Positions 57,492-64,000 of a stretch of 64,000 nt of DNA are shown piece by piece. The stretch comes from a virus (Duplodnaviria; Heunggongvirae; Uroviricota; Caudoviricetes). The position numbers were made by a program, and so were the translations under genes. Position 1 is the first letter of the stretch. Each line of letters starts with the position of its first letter. The notes under the pieces were generated by a model that saw nothing but the letters and a program-made list of their open reading frames with translations, searched no databases and had not been told where the DNA came from. The stretch covers positions 37,318-101,317 of the IMG/VR virus record IMGVR_UViG_3300014208_000001; one strand, written 5' to 3'.

Positions 57492-58544
57492 TTAATTAAA
57501 TATGATGCGCCATCGAATTGTCAATTCAACAGCATCCGATTTCTTAGCTGGCGATTTCAATATTCTATGTGAATAAATCCTAAACGTATCTCTATAAACA
57601 CCAATATTGCCGCTCAAAGCAACACCAGTAGAATCCTTCGGAACACGATCTAACGTAACATCTCGGCCACTAACAGCTTTAGATGTAATCAAATAATATG
57701 GATTAATTTGATCAAGAATAGCATCCGCAACAGCTGTACTAGATGGTTCGACTATTTTAATTTGATCTCCTTCTTTAAGAAATGTAGCGTCAACCCCAGC
57801 ATCTAACGTAATAGTAGCACCGCTATTAGCTGTGGCCAACATAGCTGTTGTAGTATCAGATGTCAGAAATAAATCTCTAGGATCACATTCGCAGCTAGTA
57901 AGATCGGTCGTTAGTTCAGGGGCACCAACTAACGCTACTTCGGTGATAGTAAAATAGTCACTATCGGTTAAACCAAATCCATTATATTCGTCTTTCCGCA
58001 TGATAGTTTCAAATACAACAACATTATTGATAGCGCGAACATCATCTTGTAATAATGGTGTACCCGCTGGTTGATATGAACTTTCGTAAAATATTCGTTC
58101 TACTCTTTTCAATGGTCTATATGGTTCACTGATTGGAATAGCATTGATGAGGCCACCATCGTAATCGGCACCAACACCTAGTGTTTTTGGGATATATCCG
58201 CCAGTTATTGAATCTAATGTGTAATATCTAGTATCGGTGGTGTTTAGTGGGTTGCCATTTGAATCGAATGATGCACCAAATACTAAATATCTTGGAGCAT
58301 AATCATCGACGTCAATTGAATGTGTAACATATGATGATGTATCTGGATCCCATACGTTTGCTGGTATTAATCTGTGAGATAATATTTCTTTTGCGAATAT
58401 TTTGATTATGTTATTTTCTCTATGGCGTGCTATTTCTTGACCATTTATATCTTTATATATTAATTCTATTTCACCTCTACATGATTGTTCTACACCATTT
58501 GGTGTTCGATTGATACCGTATGAATCGGACAGATTTAGTGACAT
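57492..58544 (-). CDS. Baseplate/tail-collar-type structural protein
   Basis: NII...AKEIL, VVFETIM...EYNG, ITEVAL, KSDAVELTIRWRIIF. Confidence 0.7.
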   Translation of the reverse strand: MSLNLSDSYGINRTPNGVEQSCRGEIELIYKDINGQEIARHRENNIIKIFAKEILSHRLIPANVWDPDTSSYVTHSIDVDDYAPRYLVFGASFDSNGNPLNTTDTRYYTLDSITGGYIPKTLGVGADYDGGLINAIPISEPYRPLKRVERIFYESSYQPAGTPLLQDDVRAINNVVVFETIMRKDEYNGFGLTDSDYFTITEVALVGAPELTTDLTSCECDPRDLFLTSDTTTAMLATANSGATITLDAGVDATFLKEGDQIKIVEPSSTAVADAILDQINPYYLITSKAVSGRDVTLDRVPKDSTGVALSGNIGVYRDTFRIYSHRILKSPAKKSDAVELTIRWRIIFN

Positions 58545-58553
58545 TTTTTCTCA

Positions 58554-59159
58554 CTATGGAGCAGAAACTGTTGTGGTGTAGAAGTAAGGTGAACTTACTT
58601 GCTTTAGAATTGCAGTAAATTCATCACCATTGACTAATGTGAATTCAGTGAATCTCAGAATTGATGTGTTTTGTATTTGTACACTTCTTGGATCTTTCAA
58701 TAATCCATTGACATATAAGTAACATTTAGTATTTGATGTAACGTATCCTCGTAGCGATTCTGGTATTGTTATACTATTAGTATTTGATGTTATTGCGCCA
58801 CTGAATGTTATTTCAGGACCGAATGTTTCTAAATATACTGATAATTGATCATACCATTGTTGTAATGTTACTCCATCAGCTAATGATATTATTTCTGATA
58901 ATGATGACCATGTGCCATTATTATAGACTTTTAATATATTGACATTAAGATCGAACCATAATGTGCCGTCTCTGTATTGTGTTGGTTCTGAAAATGATGA
59001 TTGATTTGATAATAATCCTATGAACCACATTAATATGTGATCATATCGTGCAGTACCTGGATTTGGTACTGTATCGTGATCTTGGCCTGTTACGCCAATA
59101 TCATTAGTGAAATCAATTTTAACGGCTGGAAACCGTAATCTATTATCTGGTAGGGCCAC
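58554..59159 (-). CDS. Probable structural protein
   Basis: GTLWFD...LKVYNNGTW, LYVNGLL. Confidence 0.6.
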   Translation of the reverse strand: MALPDNRLRFPAVKIDFTNDIGVTGQDHDTVPNPGTARYDHILMWFIGLLSNQSSFSEPTQYRDGTLWFDLNVNILKVYNNGTWSSLSEIISLADGVTLQQWYDQLSVYLETFGPEITFSGAITSNTNSITIPESLRGYVTSNTKCYLYVNGLLKDPRSVQIQNTSILRFTEFTLVNGDEFTAILKQVSSPYFYTTTVSAP

Positions 59160-59949
59160 TTATAGCACCTTGTTGGGGCTGATTGATTTGTTGGGCGATT
59201 TGGTTTTGTTCTGGGGGCACTATAGCTTGAGCGACGTCTCTGACAGTTTGTTCTTGGGCTTGTAATTCTTGTTTTTTCGCTTCTTCAGTGCCTGGTGCTT
59301 GGCCTTTGGCAAAATCGATTATGCTTAATAATTGTTTTTGAAAATCATTTGGATTTTGTAGTGTATCAGCACTTATTCTAGCTATTGGCTGTGGAGCGTT
59401 CGTTTGCGCGTTTACTATGTATAGTGTAATGCTTGTGTTATCTTTTGATGTGTCCCATTTAATACCTTGTTTATTTAATAATTCTTTAATATTAACACTT
59501 AATGATCTGCTGAGAACATCTATTGCTTTTCCAAATCTCGAGAATATACTTGGGTTATCATCAATCATTTCTTTAATCGATGATAATCTAGTTGGTAGTA
59601 CTTTTCTAAATGATGGTGAGAATGATGTTTTATTAGTTAGTATGTTATTAAGTTTTTGTGAAAATTCTATTGATTCTTCTATAATGTTTTTATTATGTAG
59701 TATGCTTATGAATTGGTTTTCGTTGACAGCTTCTGAGCTTAATGCTATTGCTGTTCCACCTCTTATTCGTTTGGTCGATAGGTGGATCATATTATCTTGA
59801 AATAATGGTGTAAGATCATGTATCATTTCGCTTATAATTGCTGGGTCTTTCACAGACGCAACAATAATACTTATATTGCTTTCATTATATACCATGTATG
59901 ATGATATACTTTTGTTTTCGAACCATGTTATGATGTTTTGTGTGACCAT
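59143..59949 (-). CDS. Hypothetical late protein with Q-rich tail
   Basis: 268 aa in minus-strand operon. Confidence 0.7.
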   Translation of the reverse strand: MVTQNIITWFENKSISSYMVYNESNISIIVASVKDPAIISEMIHDLTPLFQDNMIHLSTKRIRGGTAIALSSEAVNENQFISILHNKNIIEESIEFSQKLNNILTNKTSFSPSFRKVLPTRLSSIKEMIDDNPSIFSRFGKAIDVLSRSLSVNIKELLNKQGIKWDTSKDNTSITLYIVNAQTNAPQPIARISADTLQNPNDFQKQLLSIIDFAKGQAPGTEEAKKQELQAQEQTVRDVAQAIVPPEQNQIAQQINQPQQGAISGPTR

Positions 59950-60494
59950 TATTTTACCGCTTGCCTTATTTTAAGTGAAATACTTGAACGCCACACAAGC
60001 ATTTCACTAACCGATTTTGATGATCCTTCAACCAATATCATACCATCTCCATTAATATCTTCGTTTAGAGACCTATAATAATTTTTAAAATATTGAGCGA
60101 CAGCGTCACTTATTTCTGATATATTAGATAATCTCATTAATGGGCTATACTTAGCTATAAAAGCCGATGTAAATGGTTGATTATTGCCGGTCACTACCCA
60201 TACTTGATCTAATAAGTTAGGTTTAAATGTTAATGTTTTGTGTTTGTATCCAACTGTACAGCCGAATCTATTTAAACTTACATTTAATCCGCTTAATTTA
60301 TGGCGTATTTTGAGTGCTAAGTCACCGCACGCTTTATTTGTTGCCAATTCGATATCAGACTGTGCTTTTTTCAGATTATTTTGCGCTGTGCGATATTTAT
60401 CAATTAATATTTCTGTATCACTTTTAGTATTTGTAGGTATATCATCAATAATATGTTCTATTATTGCATCCATTTTTGATGATATCGTTGGCAT
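59949..60494 (-). CDS. Hypothetical late protein
   Basis: 181 aa, TAATG coupling. Confidence 0.7.
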   Translation of the reverse strand: MPTISSKMDAIIEHIIDDIPTNTKSDTEILIDKYRTAQNNLKKAQSDIELATNKACGDLALKIRHKLSGLNVSLNRFGCTVGYKHKTLTFKPNLLDQVWVVTGNNQPFTSAFIAKYSPLMRLSNISEISDAVAQYFKNYYRSLNEDINGDGMILVEGSSKSVSEMLVWRSSISLKIRQAVK

Positions 60495-60513
60495 TGAAAA
60501 CCCTCTATTTTAT

Positions 60514-60888
60514 TTATCTTTTAGTAGAGGGTTTATCACCTTTATAAATAACAGTACGAATTAAACCAAATAATAATATTACGACTTTGGGATTATCAAA
60601 CACTTCTTTCAGCACATCACCTGGAACAAACCCACTTCTATTGATAATTAAATTAACTATTTGCATACCATATTCTGGCTCTTCTTTTCTAATCATGCTA
60701 ATTATAGTATCTAAATCTGATTTTCCTATTTTATTGAATAAGGCAGCAATTTCATTATATGTCATCACATTATGGCGTACAATAGTGTTAGCTGTATGTT
60801 CTATCATTTTTGTATCATTTGCTACTCTCCATATATAATCTATATATATTTTGGATTTGCTTGTTGACTGTAATTCTGCGATTATCAT
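60514..60888 (-). CDS. Hypothetical protein
   Basis: 124 aa, ATGA overlap. Confidence 0.65.
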   Translation of the reverse strand: MIIAELQSTSKSKIYIDYIWRVANDTKMIEHTANTIVRHNVMTYNEIAALFNKIGKSDLDTIISMIRKEEPEYGMQIVNLIINRSGFVPGDVLKEVFDNPKVVILLFGLIRTVIYKGDKPSTKR

Positions 60889-61250
60889 AGGTATTCTACT
60901 GTGTCAGAAGCAACAGACATTATATCGTCTTCAGCGTTTTGCTCATCATCAAGAAAATCAAGACATTCGATACATTCATCACATTTGTCTATCAGTTTTC
61001 TAGCTTGATCAATACCACCAACGCATTCTATAAAGTCTTTAGCGGCTAATAGGTGTTCTTTTGTAAATTCTTGATCGCATCCGTCTTGCTCATATGTATT
61101 AGATTCGGTATCGTTAGAAATATTGCCAGCTAATGGGTTCATAGATAATGTTATTGATGGTGTATCAACCATCGATGATGATCCCATTAACCCAGCTGAG
61201 TATGGGGTGTCTTCCATCAACACGGCTATCATGCTTTGCGCTGTTTTCAT
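60885..61250 (-). CDS. Acidic hypothetical protein
   Basis: AGGAG RBS; AKDFIECVGGIDQAR. Confidence 0.7.
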   Translation of the reverse strand: MKTAQSMIAVLMEDTPYSAGLMGSSSMVDTPSITLSMNPLAGNISNDTESNTYEQDGCDQEFTKEHLLAAKDFIECVGGIDQARKLIDKCDECIECLDFLDDEQNAEDDIMSVASDTVEYL

Positions 61251-61280
61251 AGTATTCTCCTACAGTATATTTATTAGAAA

Positions 61281-61553
61281 TTACATTTTCTTATAGCATG
61301 CGCCACAGCAAGGTTCGTTATTATCTGGATAATAATATTTACCTTCTATTGTACAACCACATTGGCAGCAACAATCCATACTCTCTAGTATCTGATCTAT
61401 TCTTGCTTCCATGCTTTCATTAGTATTGATGTGAAGAGCGGCTAATTGTTTTTTGGCTTTACTTTTTGACATTGGTTTTTTGCTATATGTTTTGCCACTA
61501 TTTTTATTTGATACTTTATATCCAGATCCACTTTTAACGATATGATATGGCAT
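61281..61553 (-). CDS. Small basic phage protein with C-terminal Cys cluster
   Basis: MPYHIVKSGSGYKV...AKKQLAALHIN; GAGG RBS. Confidence 0.7.
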   Translation of the reverse strand: MPYHIVKSGSGYKVSNKNSGKTYSKKPMSKSKAKKQLAALHINTNESMEARIDQILESMDCCCQCGCTIEGKYYYPDNNEPCCGACYKKM

Positions 61554-61697
61554 TCTTTTGTCCTCTGAAAAGTTAATGCTATATTCGGATTTTTTGTGTC
61601 TATATGATAAGTTTGCTTGCTTATTTCGTACAAATATATAGTAGCTACGTAAGTGAAAATCAGCAATGTGCTGATTATTATATTTTAAGGAGAGATC

Positions 61698-62042
61698 ATG
61701 ACTACAGATTACCCTTCGGCAGTTCCGATGGACGAATTACTCAATGCTATTAACTTAGTTAAAAGCGGTGAGTTTGGGTCCAATGTTAGCACGCTAGCCC
61801 ATGACCTATGGGTTGTTCAGGGCTACGCTCAAAATGCTTTGATTGGTGCTCCAGTATCAACCCAGTCGGCATCGGCTGTTTTTGATGAGTGCGACGAAGA
61901 ATTATGTAAAGTTCAAAAAGTCGCTGATTACTTATCTGGTCCATCAGCTCAAGCTGCTATCCCAACTGAAATTCTTCAGTTATTGGTGTCTTGGGCAACG
62001 CAGCAATTACTGGCTCTGTTGTCGACGTACCTAACAAAATAA
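61698..62042 (+). CDS. Hypothetical protein, first of envelope/lysis-like cassette
   Basis: AAGGAG RBS. Confidence 0.75.
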   Translation: MTTDYPSAVPMDELLNAINLVKSGEFGSNVSTLAHDLWVVQGYAQNALIGAPVSTQSASAVFDECDEELCKVQKVADYLSGPSAQAAIPTEILQLLVSWATQQLLALLSTYLTK

Positions 62043-62053
62043 GGTAAGTGATC

Positions 62054-62530
62054 ATGGTAAAGTATCTTATTGGTGGCGGCTTATTAGCTGTTGGCGCTTG
62101 GAATGTGTACGTTCTTGGTACTGGTGGCGCTCCTAAAGACATAATGAATTTATCAGTAGCCGCCGGACCCACAATCGCTGGTTTGGTAACATTAATGTTT
62201 AGTACACTGAAAAATGCATTAATAGCTTCACTTCCAAAAACCAAACCGGCAACACCAGTAATTCCAGCAGCGCCAGTAAGTATCGATGATATAGTTGTGG
62301 CTATAAAAGAGCATCTTAAACCAGCTGATGCCACAACTCCAGCTAATCCACCTAAAACTACTGATAGTTTGCGAGATCCGCAAAATCAATCAGAGGTTTT
62401 ACAAGCAATAAATAAATTATATGATTATTTTAGCGACGATCCAGCATCGGTCGCTAAAATAGCTGACATAGCCAAATCATTCGTAACAAAATGTTACTCT
62501 GTGCCACTTATGGATCAGAGAAAGAAGTAA
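62054..62530 (+). CDS. Membrane protein (two N-terminal hydrophobic segments)
   Basis: YLIGGGLLAVGAW; IAGLVTLMF; Pro-rich linker. Confidence 0.7.
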   Translation: MVKYLIGGGLLAVGAWNVYVLGTGGAPKDIMNLSVAAGPTIAGLVTLMFSTLKNALIASLPKTKPATPVIPAAPVSIDDIVVAIKEHLKPADATTPANPPKTTDSLRDPQNQSEVLQAINKLYDYFSDDPASVAKIADIAKSFVTKCYSVPLMDQRKK

Positions 62531-62531
62531 T

Positions 62532-63023
62532 ATGAAAAAAATGATCACGCTATTGGTAAGTGTTGTATTCATCGGCGGATGCATACAGCCAAACTGGAAA
62601 GATACCACAACACCAGTTAAACCAAGTACACCAACAGCAGCATCTCCGCTACAATTAACAGATGCCGAATGGGCATCGGCCAAAGAATTTAAGGATGCTA
62701 TAAAACCAGGTTGCGAGAACGCAACAAAGCAAGACTTATATAGTGTTGCTGGTTTATTATATGGTATATCAGAGACATTAACGTCAGACTCTACTTTTAA
62801 ATATAATGTTCAAATTGATGATTTCAGAATAAAATGTATAGCTGTTAGATTTAATGGTAAAGATTTGACAACGATTATTCCGACTTTCTTATCAGTGGTT
62901 AAAGGAAAATTCGATTATTTAACTCCTGGCGACGCGCCGTTAACTGATATTAACAAAACAAAAGCAATATCAGATTTTAAAGTATTAGCTGGTGGGGTAT
63001 ACTTAGCCGCTGAGGAGAAATAG
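62532..63023 (+). CDS. Lipoprotein
   Basis: MKKMITLLVSVVFIGGC lipobox. Confidence 0.8.
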   Translation: MKKMITLLVSVVFIGGCIQPNWKDTTTPVKPSTPTAASPLQLTDAEWASAKEFKDAIKPGCENATKQDLYSVAGLLYGISETLTSDSTFKYNVQIDDFRIKCIAVRFNGKDLTTIIPTFLSVVKGKFDYLTPGDAPLTDINKTKAISDFKVLAGGVYLAAEEK

Positions 63024-63024
63024 A

Positions 63025-63921
63025 ATGCAGTATCATTTTGGTTATATTCCAAACCCAAAAGAGACAGCCAAATTCGTTTCTGCTCTTCCAGCACAAACAT
63101 TTGCGCAAGCTGCTCCATGGTCTATTAACGACGAAGAAGATTCTGATGTGTTCGCTTGGAGGCCATTAACCAGCTTAATCGGCACCCCTAGACTACATGC
63201 GTATCACCAAGGATCTGTTGGTTCATGCGTTGGTAATGGTACAGCTGGTGGTGTAAACATTACAACTGCCGCCGATATATTATGCCGTAAAGAACCAGAA
63301 AAATGGTTATTTAGAGCCGCAGCCGACGCGCTCTACGCAATGAGCCGCCAAGTAAGTAATACTCTTGGTTATCAAGATGGTAGTTATGGATCAGCTGCAG
63401 CAGACGCCATAAGCAAATATGGCGTCATTCACATGACAAAATATGGTAACATAGATTTATCAACATATAGTGCTCAAAGATGTAGAGATTGGGCTAGCCA
63501 AGGAGTCCCAAGAACAATATTAGACGCAGCTACACCACATAAGATGGTACAAGTAACATTAATACAAAATTGCCAACAATTACGATCAGCGATTAGAAAT
63601 TATTATGGCGTTAATGTTTGTAGTAGCCAAGGTTTTACATCATCTAGATCAGAAGGTGGTTGGGCCGCAGCTAGCGGCACTTGGAACCACTCAATGTATA
63701 TTGCAGGATACCGTGGCGGTAAAAGACGCGGATTCTTAATAGTTAACTCATGGGGTGACGATTGGATTACTGGCCCAGTTTGGCCAGATGATCAACCATA
63801 CGGATCTTTCTGGGCTGATTGGGATATAGTTGAAGGAATGCTTAGAAGCAATGATACGTTCGCATACGCATCATACCAAGGATTTATTAAAAAGGAAACA
63901 CAATGGGATACAAAATGGTAA
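63025..63921 (+). CDS. Papain-like (C1-family) cysteine peptidase
   Basis: QGSVGSCVG (Q, C), WNHSM (H), VNSWG (N). Confidence 0.88.
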   Translation: MQYHFGYIPNPKETAKFVSALPAQTFAQAAPWSINDEEDSDVFAWRPLTSLIGTPRLHAYHQGSVGSCVGNGTAGGVNITTAADILCRKEPEKWLFRAAADALYAMSRQVSNTLGYQDGSYGSAAADAISKYGVIHMTKYGNIDLSTYSAQRCRDWASQGVPRTILDAATPHKMVQVTLIQNCQQLRSAIRNYYGVNVCSSQGFTSSRSEGGWAAASGTWNHSMYIAGYRGGKRRGFLIVNSWGDDWITGPVWPDDQPYGSFWADWDIVEGMLRSNDTFAYASYQGFIKKETQWDTKW

Positions 63922-64000
63922 TAATGCTAATGTCATTAGCATTAGGTTGTAGCACACCATTGATAATTAAAAAGCAAGACACTACACCAACAATTCAATG
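63915..64000 (+). CDS. Probable lipoprotein, truncated by window end
   Basis: MVIMLMSLALGCSTPL, overlaps peptidase stop. Confidence 0.55.
   Translation, partial: MVIMLMSLALGCSTPLIIKKQDTTPTIQ

Noticed and set aside
224-63118. Many track ORFs antisense to or nested in real genes (e.g. 224-472, 6884-7150, 7277-7651, 29337-29657, 54670-55245, 57115-57495, 61957-62334)
   Set aside because: Shadow frames of better-supported genes, without RBS or motifs.
1-64000. Genome-wide TGA or TAG recoding (in-frame TGA at 27204, 32297 and near 32592)
   Set aside because: Many genes end in TGA with ATGA overlaps and long genes are uninterrupted in code 11; the cases fit local decay.
1-64000. Bacterial chromosome or eukaryotic giant virus origin
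   Set aside because: Baseplate-type genes, Shine-Dalgarno sites, overlapping operons of small ORFans and scattered host-like genes fit a large bacteriophage.

Overview
AT-rich (about 30% GC by eye), gene-dense 64 kb segment of a large (jumbo-type) tailed dsDNA phage using the standard genetic code. Host is inferred to be a planctomycete: it carries a GC-richer DUF1559 prepilin-like gene, a planctomycete-style ClpS and a lipoprotein/C1-peptidase cassette. Recognisable genes include ATP-dependent DNA ligase, a second ligase-like nucleotidyltransferase, TOPRIM primase-like protein, TilS, adenosine deaminase, Zn deaminase, NADAR, ART/Tpt1-like, Nudix, SLOG, Rrf2 and XRE regulators, baseplate/tail proteins, and two Vsr-like nuclease plus Mom-like GNAT fusions. 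Most striking: (1) about 42 highly diverged paralogues of one unknown 90-190 aa protein, 34 of them in the first 16 kb; (2) a quasi-palindromic TT(A/G)CA-N14-(T/C)G(T/C)AA element at six divergent gene junctions that looks like a symmetric bidirectional promoter; (3) a tRNA-Ser-like gene with no anticodon, next to NADAR; (4) a ~185-nt structured RNA candidate with its own promoter and terminator; (5) proteins sharing an MK-x-x-x-L-x-E capsid-targeting-like leader. All calls come from motif reading by eye; no searches were run.
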